Source of the DNA: Patescibacteria group bacterium
GTDB taxonomy: Bacteria > Patescibacteriota > Patescibacteriia > GCA-002772895
Assembly: GCA_018895765.1 (NCBI GenBank)
Contig: JAHINX010000019.1
Coordinates: 1 to 45,410, forward strand
Length of the DNA stretch: 45,410 bases
Reading direction: 5' to 3'
Under the pieces are notes generated by a model. The model ran no database searches. It saw nothing but the letters and a program-made list of their open reading frames with translations, and was not told the origin of the DNA. Position numbers and translations under genes: made by a program. Of this stretch, positions 8,462 through 16,241 are shown piece by piece; position 1 is the stretch's first letter, and every line of letters begins with the position of its first letter.

Positions 8462-9484
8462 TTATTTTTTAGGTTTTAATTTTGGATTTTTAAAGTTTTT
8501 CAATTCCGCATCCTCAATTTTAAATCCCGGAGAAATATGCTTTGGGTCCATATGCAAATATTCTATCAAGTCTTTTTTTGTTTCGGCATATGCTTTGTTG
8601 AGTTCGTTCCAGTTATCTATATCAATTTTACCTTTTTGTTTATTTTTTACAATAATATCATAGTTTTTCACTTCGTCTAAAGCTGCCGACGCTATCATTA
8701 GAATCTGTTTTCTCATAGCGGGTCTAATACTCTCTACTGCCGTATCGCTATCCCCGAGATATTTATTAAGAAGAATCTGAATTTTATGTCTTATGTCTAT
8801 TTTTCTTTCAATAACTTTCTGAAAATCATCTTCAGACATTGGTGTTGCCGATACTACGGCTAAGATTTCGGCAAAGCTTTCTAAAAGCCCAGCTTCTTTT
8901 ATTTTTTTTTCTTCTTTTGTTCCGGGCGCGTTTTTAATCGTCATACCGATAAAGCTGTCTTTTTTTTGCGCTTTTTCTCCTAGCCCCAGATAATCTATTA
9001 TTTCTTCTTTTTGTTTTTCATAAATTTTTTCCAAGTTTTCAAGGCTTTGTAGCAGTTCATCTTTTTCTTTATTAGAAAGGGTGTTAATATTTTTTCCTTG
9101 GCTAAGCTCTAGAGCTTCTTTTCTGTAAGTTTCTGATAAAAGATCTTCTATAATATAAAGTAGGCGTAGCTTGAGGTCTTCTTTTACCTCGTGGCCTTCT
9201 GTTTCCTGAATATCAAAAGCGCTTAATATTTTTTTTATTTTTATAGATGTATCCATTTCCGGAGAGATAAGCTCTTTGAATTTTTTTTCATCAATGCGCC
9301 TGTCAGTACCTTCGGATAAGATATGGAACATATCATCAAAAAGAACGTCTTCGTAAGCGGCGGACTCATCTTCAATCGCGCTAAATTTTACCGGAGCATC
9401 TTCTTGGATTAGAGGGCTGGAAAAGATAGTTTTTTCATATGCTTCCGGTACTCTTTGTTTTTTTTGAGGTTGGAGCCTTTCCAT
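8462..9484 (-). CDS. Hypothetical acidic protein (340 aa)
   Basis: Long ORF preceded by a near-consensus promoter (9511-9539). No recognisable motif. Confidence 0.65.
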   Translation of the reverse strand: MERLQPQKKQRVPEAYEKTIFSSPLIQEDAPVKFSAIEDESAAYEDVLFDDMFHILSEGTDRRIDEKKFKELISPEMDTSIKIKKILSAFDIQETEGHEVKEDLKLRLLYIIEDLLSETYRKEALELSQGKNINTLSNKEKDELLQSLENLEKIYEKQKEEIIDYLGLGEKAQKKDSFIGMTIKNAPGTKEEKKIKEAGLLESFAEILAVVSATPMSEDDFQKVIERKIDIRHKIQILLNKYLGDSDTAVESIRPAMRKQILMIASAALDEVKNYDIIVKNKQKGKIDIDNWNELNKAYAETKKDLIEYLHMDPKHISPGFKIEDAELKNFKNPKLKPKK

Positions 9485-9510
9485 AGAGTTATAGAGGTTA
9501 AGATAACAAC

Positions 9511-9539
9511 ATTATAGCATATTTTAGGTAATTTGTCAA
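9511..9539 (-). promoter_or_regulatory. Sigma70-type promoter TTGACA-17-TATAAT with TGc extended -10
   Basis: The reverse complement reads cTTGACAaattacctaaaatatgcTATAAT, about 27 nt upstream of ATG 9484. Confidence 0.7.
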
Positions 9540-9596
9540 GTTTTCGCTAGTTAAAATTTTACCATTTTTTTCTAAAATATGACAATTTTTAGCTTC

Positions 9597-9625
9597 TTGC
9601 GTTAAGTCACAGGCTTTGATAAAAT
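9597..9625 (+). promoter_or_regulatory. Candidate promoter TTGCGT-17-TAAAAT (TGa), giving a near-leaderless transcript
   Basis: The -10 ends 11 nt before ATG 9637. Confidence 0.4.
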
Positions 9626-9636
9626 GATTATATAAT

Positions 9637-10758
9637 ATGTTAACTCAGAAAAAGGGAGGAGTTTTCAAAAAAATAGGTATATTGTTCGTAAGCTCTATTC
9701 TGGTGCTATTTTTTATCGTGATGTATATGGCCCTGTCCCGTGCGACGATTGTTATAGAGCCAAAGGAAGAAACAATCAGCGCTGATTTGTTTGTAACGGT
9801 AAAATCTGCAAACCTTACGAAAGGTGATATCTTGGGCAAAATGGCAACAACAACAATATCCCGCGAAGCATCTTATACTGTAAGCGGAGACGACCGCGAG
9901 GTTCCGGCTAAGGCCGAAGGCGAAGTGATTATTTATAATAAATACGGCAAAGACCAGCAGTTAATTGCCACTACAAGGTTTTTATCGGACAATGGTGTTT
10001 TATTCAGGCTGGTAAATGGAATAAATGTTCCGGCTGGAAAGAGTGTTACAGCGCTTATACGGGCGGATAGCGAAGGAAAAGAGGGAGAGGTCGCGATATC
10101 CCACTTTACAATTCCTGGATTAAGCAACGATTTGCAAAAATATATTTATGGAGAGAGCGAAAAAGTGATGACAGGTGGAACTAAAAAGGTTGCAGCCCTA
10201 ACACAAGAGGCTATTGATGAGGCAGTAGATAACCTAAAATTAACCCTGATAACTGAAGCAAAAGAAAAGCTAAAAGATAAAATTACCTTAGACAGTACTT
10301 TTGTCGGAATTGCTTATAGTGGCGATATTAAAGATGGTAAAATAAGCGCTAAGCCGGGAGATACCGTTGACAGTTTTAAAGTTAGTATAATAATGGACGT
10401 TGTTGGCATTGCATATAGTAAAGATCTGGAAGAACAGGCAGCAAAGACTTTGGCGGGCATTATTTATTCCGACAGAAAGCTTACGTCATCCAATCTTCTA
10501 AGTCTGCAACCGGAAGTTGAAACTGTTGATCTTGAAGCTGGAGCTGCAAATATGAAAGTCGCGATAGAAGGAAAAACAATCATAAATTCCAATAGTCAAA
10601 TTTTTGATAAGGAAAAAATGGCCGGAATGTCGGCAGAAGAAGTAAAAGAATATTTGAGCCAATATGCGGGCGTAGAAAGCGTAGAAATAAAATTTTTTCC
10701 GTTTTGGCTTGATAAGGTGCCAAAATTGAGGGATCATATAAAGGTTGTAGTAAGATAA
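9637..10758 (+). CDS. Hypothetical membrane-anchored protein (373 aa)
   Basis: N-terminal TM helix (IGILFVSSILVLFFIVMYMAL), then a beta-rich soluble region. Confidence 0.65.
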   Translation: MLTQKKGGVFKKIGILFVSSILVLFFIVMYMALSRATIVIEPKEETISADLFVTVKSANLTKGDILGKMATTTISREASYTVSGDDREVPAKAEGEVIIYNKYGKDQQLIATTRFLSDNGVLFRLVNGINVPAGKSVTALIRADSEGKEGEVAISHFTIPGLSNDLQKYIYGESEKVMTGGTKKVAALTQEAIDEAVDNLKLTLITEAKEKLKDKITLDSTFVGIAYSGDIKDGKISAKPGDTVDSFKVSIIMDVVGIAYSKDLEEQAAKTLAGIIYSDRKLTSSNLLSLQPEVETVDLEAGAANMKVAIEGKTIINSNSQIFDKEKMAGMSAEEVKEYLSQYAGVESVEIKFFPFWLDKVPKLRDHIKVVVR

Positions 10759-10764
10759 TATAAA

Positions 10765-10795
10765 TAGCGTATAGCGATTAGCATTTAGCGTTTAG
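10765..10795 (+). repeat. Heptamer stop-codon array, TAG x5 at exact 7-nt spacing (TTAGCG family copy 1)
   Basis: TAG at 10765, 10772, 10779, 10786 and 10793, between the 9637 ORF stop and thrS. Confidence 0.9.
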
Positions 10796-10804
10796 TTAAT
10801 GTTG

Positions 10805-10819
10805 TGTCGCTTTGCGACA
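10805..10819 (+). promoter_or_regulatory. TGTCGC-ttt-GCGACA hairpin 8 nt upstream of the thrS start
   Basis: The same GTCGC-N3-4-GCGAC hairpin is seen upstream of dnaE (2767-2779) and the SEDS gene (34021-34036). Confidence 0.4.
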
Positions 10820-10826
10820 AATTATT

Positions 10827-12677
10827 ATGGCAAAAGAAAATATAGAATTAGTGAGACATGGCGCGGCTCATTTATTGGCGGTGGCAGTGCAAAAACTGTA
10901 TCCAAAAACTCGGTTCGGAGTCGGGCCTGTTGTTGATAATGGTTTTTATTATGATATGGAAGTAAGGGGATATGACGGTAAGGAAGTCGCTCTTGGCGAG
11001 GCGGAAATGAAAAAGATAGAAAAACAAATGAAAAAAATGAAAGCGCAGGGATTAAAATTTGTTCGCAAGGAAATGAGTATAGCCTCTGCGATTACAATGT
11101 TCAAAAAACTTGATCAAAAATATAAAGTTGAATTATTGGAGGATTTGAAGAAAAAGGGGACTACAAGAATTCAAGAAAACAAGAAAACAATAAAACAAGA
11201 AAACAAAAAAGTCACTATTTATGAATTGGGAGATTTTGTTGATTTGTGTCGAGGACCGCATGTTGCTTCTACAAAAGATATAAAAATCTTTAAACTGCAA
11301 AAGCTCGCCGGCGCGTATTGGCGAGGAAATGAAAAAAATAAAATGTTAACCCGCATTTATGGTTTAGCATTTGAAACCGAGAAAGAAATGGAAGATTATT
11401 TGCATATGCAGGAAGAGGCAGAACGTCGCGATCACAGAAAACTAGGTAAAGAGTTGGAATTATTTTTAATTGACCCGGTTGTTGGGTTGGGGCTTCCTTT
11501 GTGGCAGCCGAAAGGTGCGCTGGTTTGGCAAATTATAGAAAATTATTGGCATAAGGAACACTTGGAAAACGGTTATGACTTGGTAAGGAGCCCGCATATT
11601 GGAAACCGCGCACTCTGGGAAAAATCAGGCCATTGGAACTTTTATAGCGATAGTATGTATCCGCCGATGGAAGTGACAAAAACCCTTGAAGACGTTAAAA
11701 AAGGTAGAAAGGGGGAAGGGAAGGCAGAAGAATACTTAATTAAGCCGATGAATTGCCCTTTTCACGTGCAAATTTATAAATCCAGGCCTTGGTCTTATCG
11801 TGACTTGCCTTTACGTTGGGCAGAGTGTGGGACAGTTTACCGTTATGAAAAATCAGGCGAAATATCGGGGCTTACGCGCGTGCGCGGATTTACGCAGGAT
11901 GATGCTCATATTGTTTGCGCGGAGAGTCAGGTTGAGGCAGAGCTAAAACGGGTAATAAAATTTATTAAAAAAATATTTTCCACTTTTGGATTTAAAGAAT
12001 ATAAGATTTATTTATCTTTGCGTGACCCAAAAGATAAGAAAAAATATGCTGGGAATGATAAAGGCTGGAATTTTACTGAAAAAGTATTGGAAAAGGTGGC
12101 AAAAGCTGAAAAGCTTGATTATGTAAAAGAAGAAGGCGAAGCAGCTTTTTACGGGCCAAAACTGGATTTCAAAATCAAGGATGTTTTGGGCAGAGAATGG
12201 CAATGTTCAACTTTGCAGTTTGATTTTAATTTGCCGGAACGTTTTGGCATGGTTTTCAAAAATTCTGCGGGAAAAGAAGAACAGCCATATATGTTGCATC
12301 GCGCGTTATTCGGTTCGTTTGAAAGATTTATTGGGCTTTTAATTGAGCACTATGCTGGCGCTTTTCCATTGTGGCTTAGCCCTGTTCAGGTGCAGATTGT
12401 GCCTGTGGGCGAAGCGCATAAAAAAATATGCCAAGATTTATCGGAAAAAATAAAACAGGTTGGCGCAAGGGTTTTTGTTGACGAATCGGATGAAACTGTT
12501 GGGTACAAAATACGCAAGGCGGAAAAAGATAAGGTTCCGTATATGGTTGTAATAGGCGATAAAGAAAAGGATTTGAAAAAAGTTTCTGTGCGTGAAAGAG
12601 GCTCCAAGGGTACATATGAGATACCTGTGGATAAGTTTTTGGAGAAAATAGTAGAAGAGATAGGGCAGAAAAAATAA
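10827..12677 (+). CDS. thrS: Threonyl-tRNA synthetase (no N-terminal TGS domain)
   Basis: HRKLGKELELF, a class II core and an anticodon-binding C-terminus. It begins at the HGAAHLLA editing-domain region. ATG 10827 is preferred over TTG 10812. Confidence 0.93.
   Translation: MAKENIELVRHGAAHLLAVAVQKLYPKTRFGVGPVVDNGFYYDMEVRGYDGKEVALGEAEMKKIEKQMKKMKAQGLKFVRKEMSIASAITMFKKLDQKYKVELLEDLKKKGTTRIQENKKTIKQENKKVTIYELGDFVDLCRGPHVASTKDIKIFKLQKLAGAYWRGNEKNKMLTRIYGLAFETEKEMEDYLHMQEEAERRDHRKLGKELELFLIDPVVGLGLPLWQPKGALVWQIIENYWHKEHLENGYDLVRSPHIGNRALWEKSGHWNFYSDSMYPPMEVTKTLEDVKKGRKGEGKAEEYLIKPMNCPFHVQIYKSRPWSYRDLPLRWAECGTVYRYEKSGEISGLTRVRGFTQDDAHIVCAESQVEAELKRVIKFIKKIFSTFGFKEYKIYLSLRDPKDKKKYAGNDKGWNFTEKVLEKVAKAEKLDYVKEEGEAAFYGPKLDFKIKDVLGREWQCSTLQFDFNLPERFGMVFKNSAGKEEQPYMLHRALFGSFERFIGLLIEHYAGAFPLWLSPVQVQIVPVGEAHKKICQDLSEKIKQVGARVFVDESDETVGYKIRKAEKDKVPYMVVIGDKEKDLKKVSVRERGSKGTYEIPVDKFLEKIVEEIGQKK
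11173..11204 (+). repeat. Octanucleotide tandem repeat (AAGAAAAC-like x4) inside thrS
   Basis: Sequence aagaaaac aagaaaac aataaaac aagaaaac encodes QENKKTIKQENKK. Confidence 0.85.
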
Positions 12678-12697
12678 AATACACTAAAAGATTATTA

Positions 12698-12726
12698 AAA
12701 AAACCGCCTTTTACGGCGGTTTTTTA
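12698..12726. terminator. Bidirectional rho-independent terminator between convergent thrS and the 12746 ORF
   Basis: AAAAAAACCGCC ttttac GGCGGTTTTTT. Confidence 0.8.
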
Positions 12727-12745
12727 GTAGTGTATTTATGAAATT

Positions 12746-13768
12746 TTATGCCTTTACATTAGATCCAATGCCTTTTATAGACATTGAGCGTCCATGAATA
12801 TATATCCGACTTCTGTTTTTTGGGGTGAGCTGTTCTATGGCATCGGCAAATTTTTTGCTATGTATCTTCAGATGTTTGTTGTGGGCGCTTGATGTTATAT
12901 TATATTGCGCTATAAAGGTATCAAATTCTTTTATGTCTGCCGGGTCGAGCTTTCTCCGTACATTAAATTTTTTCCATATTCCTCCGCGCGTGACATCATA
13001 ACCGAATTTATTGAATAAGAGATTTTCTATCCGTTCTCTTCGTTCATCTAAAATTTCTATATTTTCTGAAGAGCTCTCATATTCTTCCCAGGAAAGATCC
13101 ATGCTTTCCAGCCCTTTTTTATAATACATATCCAAACTTTTTGCTTGCGCCGCTATCATAGCTTCTTTTTCTTTTGGGTTTAATTTTTCCAGATGAGCTA
13201 ACATATTATCTTCATCTATTTTATCTCCCTCTTCAAACCATTTTTGTTCCAATTTGCCAAAATTTTTATTAACTTCAGGCATATCTTCAATCTTAAACCA
13301 TTCATTATTATCTTCTATAGTATCGACATCGCTTAAATCAAATTTATTTTCAATATCATTGGACGGTTTTTCTTCTTCTATCATATCATCAGTTATTTCA
13401 ATTTCTTCTGGCTCATTTAAGGCTTGACGCAGTACCTCTGTTCTTTCTTTTGATTTTTTTTCTTTTTTATCTTTTTTGTCCCCGCCAAATAATATCTCTT
13501 TTCTTAGATTTTGAAGCCTCTCTAGTTGCTTGAATGTTTCTTTTGTCCGCTCGGTTTTTGAGCCTTGTTCCCATTTTTTCATTTTTTCTTGTGCATCGTC
13601 AACGATCTCGTTTAGCGTATTTTCAAAATCTTTTTCTTTCGCTTTCATAACCTTCCGTTTTATTTGCTGTGGGAGATCATTTATTTTTTCTTCTATCTCC
13701 TTTACTTTTTCTTCATCTTTGAAATGTTTTTTAAGATAAGGCAATTCAAAGGGGTCTTGCTTTTTCAT
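12746..13768 (-). CDS. Hypothetical K/E-rich protein (340 aa)
   Basis: Long ORF with no recognisable motif. Confidence 0.6.
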   Translation of the reverse strand: MKKQDPFELPYLKKHFKDEEKVKEIEEKINDLPQQIKRKVMKAKEKDFENTLNEIVDDAQEKMKKWEQGSKTERTKETFKQLERLQNLRKEILFGGDKKDKKEKKSKERTEVLRQALNEPEEIEITDDMIEEEKPSNDIENKFDLSDVDTIEDNNEWFKIEDMPEVNKNFGKLEQKWFEEGDKIDEDNMLAHLEKLNPKEKEAMIAAQAKSLDMYYKKGLESMDLSWEEYESSSENIEILDERRERIENLLFNKFGYDVTRGGIWKKFNVRRKLDPADIKEFDTFIAQYNITSSAHNKHLKIHSKKFADAIEQLTPKNRSRIYIHGRSMSIKGIGSNVKA

Positions 13769-13809
13769 ATTTTATAAGTTAATTATATTAATTACATTAT
13801 ACCTTATTC

Positions 13810-13836
13810 TTGATTTTTTAGGCAATTTGTTATAAT
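13810..13836 (+). promoter_or_regulatory. Promoter with extended -10 (TGtTATAAT); the -10 ends 10 nt before ATG, so the mRNA is leaderless-like
   Basis: TTGATT at 13810 and TATAAT at 13831-13836. The miaB ATG is at 13847. Confidence 0.5.
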
Positions 13837-13846
13837 ATAAGCGAAT

Positions 13847-15190
13847 ATGTTAAAGAATCTTAAATATAAAATAGTTACCTATGGATGCCAGATGAATAAA
13901 GCAGATAGTGAGAGGATTGAGGCATTATTGGATTTAAATGGTTTTGAATGCGCTTCTAAAGCAGAAGACGCTGATTTAATTTTAATAAATACTTGTTCTG
14001 TGCGTCAGACGGCAGAAGATCGGGTTTATGGGGCTATATATAATTTTTCTAAATTAAAAAAGAAAAAGCCCCATTTATTGCTAGGCGTAACTGGTTGCAT
14101 GGCTGGAAGGGATAAAAATGGCGCAATTCGTAATAAGTTTTTTTCTGCTCTTAATAATGGAGGAATCAAGGGTGGCCCGATAGATTTATTTTTCGAAATT
14201 ACTGATTTGCCTAAATTGCCAGAGATGATTGCTGAAAAATGGAAAAATAAAACTGTAGGGAGCTTAGCTCCCTACAGTAAAAAAATGGGTTATTTGGGGA
14301 TTGTGCCAAAGCCGGCTGAGTGGTGGAGGGGATGCGTTGTAATCCAAACAGGATGCTCTAAATATTGTACATATTGCGTTGTTCCATACGCGCGGGGCTC
14401 GGAGAAAAATAGATCTCTCGGCGCGGTTTTGAAAGAAGCGCGCACCCTAGTGAAAAAAGGAGCGAAAGAGATAATTTTACTCGGACAGGCAGTGAACAGT
14501 CATCCAAAATTTGCAGAAATATTAAAAAAAATAAACCAGATAGAAGGCGTAAACCGTACTAGTTTTGCATCGGCGCATCCAATGCATATGACGCCAGATG
14601 TTATAAGGGCGCTTGCTTTATCTAAGGTAGTAAATTATTTGCATTTGCCAGTTCAGTCGGGAAATGATGAGGTCTTGCGTAAGATGAATCGTAATTATAC
14701 TCGTGAAAAATATTTGCAAATAATTCGGCGCATACGCAAAGTTCGGCCGGATATTGCTTTGGCGACAGATATTATCGTTGGATTTCCCGGAGAAACACGC
14801 AAGCAGTTTCAGGATACGGTTTCGCTTTATAAAAAATGCGATTTTGATTTGAGTTATAATGCAATCTATTCTCCGAGAACAGGGACGTCCGCCTATAAAG
14901 CATTTAAGGATGATGTATCGCGCGAGGAAAAACGCCGAAGATGGCGCGTTTTGCAGGAATTGATGGAGCGTAATGTTTTGCGAAAAAATAAAAAATATTT
15001 TAATCAGACTGTTGAGGTATTGGTTGATGGATGCAGGGCGGGGAATTGCTATGGTTTGTCGCGGGAATATAAAAGGGTGGTATTTAAGGGAGATAAGCGG
15101 TTGATAGGGGAGATTGTTAATGTAAAAATTATAAAAGCAAAAGAGTGGGAGCTCAATGGGGAAATTACTAATTACGAATATGAAAAATAA
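13847..15190 (+). CDS. miaB: tRNA-2-methylthio-N6-dimethylallyladenosine synthase (radical SAM methylthiotransferase)
   Basis: YGCQMN N-domain, CSKYCTYCVVPYARG radical-SAM cluster motif and a TRAM-like C-terminus. Confidence 0.92.
   Translation: MLKNLKYKIVTYGCQMNKADSERIEALLDLNGFECASKAEDADLILINTCSVRQTAEDRVYGAIYNFSKLKKKKPHLLLGVTGCMAGRDKNGAIRNKFFSALNNGGIKGGPIDLFFEITDLPKLPEMIAEKWKNKTVGSLAPYSKKMGYLGIVPKPAEWWRGCVVIQTGCSKYCTYCVVPYARGSEKNRSLGAVLKEARTLVKKGAKEIILLGQAVNSHPKFAEILKKINQIEGVNRTSFASAHPMHMTPDVIRALALSKVVNYLHLPVQSGNDEVLRKMNRNYTREKYLQIIRRIRKVRPDIALATDIIVGFPGETRKQFQDTVSLYKKCDFDLSYNAIYSPRTGTSAYKAFKDDVSREEKRRRWRVLQELMERNVLRKNKKYFNQTVEVLVDGCRAGNCYGLSREYKRVVFKGDKRLIGEIVNVKIIKAKEWELNGEITNYEYEK
14253..14278. 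repeat. Perfect 25-bp palindrome CTGTAGGGAGCT-T-AGCTCCCTACAG in frame in miaB
   Basis: Encodes (T)VGSLAPYS. 24 nt are identical to 15372-15395 in miaA. Confidence 0.95.
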
Positions 15191-16082
15191 ACTACCAAAG
15201 TTAATCGTTATGTTGGGGCCGACGGCGAGTGGGAAGACTGAGCTTGCGATTAAGCTGGCGAAAAAGTTCAATGGCGAGATTGTCAATGCCGATTCGCGAG
15301 CGATTTACTGCGATATGAAAGTGGGAACCGACAGGCCGGGAAAAAATGAAGGTGGTGTGCGTCATCACTTAGTAGGGAGCTTAGCTCCCTACAGTGAGTT
15401 TAGCTTGGCGGAATATAAGAAGTTGGCTGTGGATAAGATTAATGATATTTTAAAGCGGGGGAAACAGCCGTTTTTAGTTGGGGGAACTTGGCTTTATATT
15501 TCTGCAATTACAAATAATTTGGAAATACCAAGCGTTAAGCCAAATAAAGTGTGGCGAAAAAGCCAAGAAAAATTTGAATCGGAAACGCTTTATAAAAAAT
15601 TACAAAAATTGGACCCGAAAGCCGCGGAACGGATTCATCCGAACGATAAACGCAGAATTATTCGCGCGCTTGAAGTGATTAATTTTAGCGGGAAAAAAAT
15701 ATCTGAACAACAAAAAAAAGGTGCGCCTATTTTTAATGTTTTAAAAATAGGGATTAAAAGAGATTTGAGTGAGGTTGAAAAGCGTGTAAGGGGACGGATA
15801 AAAACAAAAATGGGGGATGCGCTGATTCGCGAGACACGCCGTTTATTAAAAAAATATAGTTTAAAATTGCCGGCAATGTCTGGACTGGGATATCCAGAAA
15901 TGACAAGATATATAAAAGGCGAGCTTAGCAAAAAAGAGGCATTCGAGCTTTTAGCAAAAAATACGCGTCGGTTTGCAAGATATCAGACAAATACTTTTCG
16001 TCAGGATAAAAAAATTAAGTGGGTGAAGGGCGCAACTGATGCCGCGGAAAAAATTAAAAAGTTTATAAAAAATTCCGGGTAA
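15180..16082 (+). CDS. miaA: tRNA dimethylallyltransferase
   Basis: GPTASGKT P-loop, LVGGTWLY, and a family-typical length from ATG 15180. The start overlaps the miaB stop (ATGAAAAATAA). Confidence 0.9.
   Translation: MKNKLPKLIVMLGPTASGKTELAIKLAKKFNGEIVNADSRAIYCDMKVGTDRPGKNEGGVRHHLVGSLAPYSEFSLAEYKKLAVDKINDILKRGKQPFLVGGTWLYISAITNNLEIPSVKPNKVWRKSQEKFESETLYKKLQKLDPKAAERIHPNDKRRIIRALEVINFSGKKISEQQKKGAPIFNVLKIGIKRDLSEVEKRVRGRIKTKMGDALIRETRRLLKKYSLKLPAMSGLGYPEMTRYIKGELSKKEAFELLAKNTRRFARYQTNTFRQDKKIKWVKGATDAAEKIKKFIKNSG
15372..15395. repeat. Second copy of palindrome GTAGGGAGCTTAGCTCCCTACAGT, in frame in miaA
   Basis: Identical 24-mer in the same reading frame (VGSLAPYS). Confidence 0.95.
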
Positions 16083-16137
16083 ACCGGGATTTTTTAGAGC
16101 AATAATTATTGTGTAGAGAGTTTTTTTTCTACTCTTC

Positions 16138-16219
16138 TCCCCCTTTGGAAAAGGGGGATTAAGGGGGATTTAATAATAAATTTATAAATCCCTCCTGCCC
16201 TCCCTTTTCCAAAGGGAGG
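16138..16219. repeat. Triple-hairpin palindromic element (family B, copy 1)
   Basis: H1 is TCCCCCTT tggaa AAGGGGGA. H2 is GGGGGATTTA..TAAATCCCTCC. H3 is CCTCCCTT ttcca AAGGGAGG. It lies between convergent miaA and gatB. Confidence 0.85.
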
Positions 16220-16241
16220 AACTTGCTACAATGTTTAATTT

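Noticed and set aside
10812-10826. N-terminal extensions offered by the ORF track: TTG 10812 (thrS), 15156 (miaA), 28119 (nusG), TTG 34015 (SEDS gene), GTG 39879, TTG 43863 (gap) and GTG 22124.
   Set aside because: The extensions are encoded by heptamer arrays, promoters or hairpins and add residues absent from the protein families. An internal ATG gives the canonical N-terminus in each case.
14618-15286. 222-aa ORF antisense to miaB/miaA. The same applies to other antisense or off-frame ORFs in the track, for example 6987-7382, 26214-26696, 3124-3438 and 36101-36466.
   Set aside because: Each lies inside a well-supported conserved gene on the opposite strand or in another frame. Long spurious ORFs are expected in AT-rich DNA antisense to K/E-rich coding sequence, and none shows a motif.
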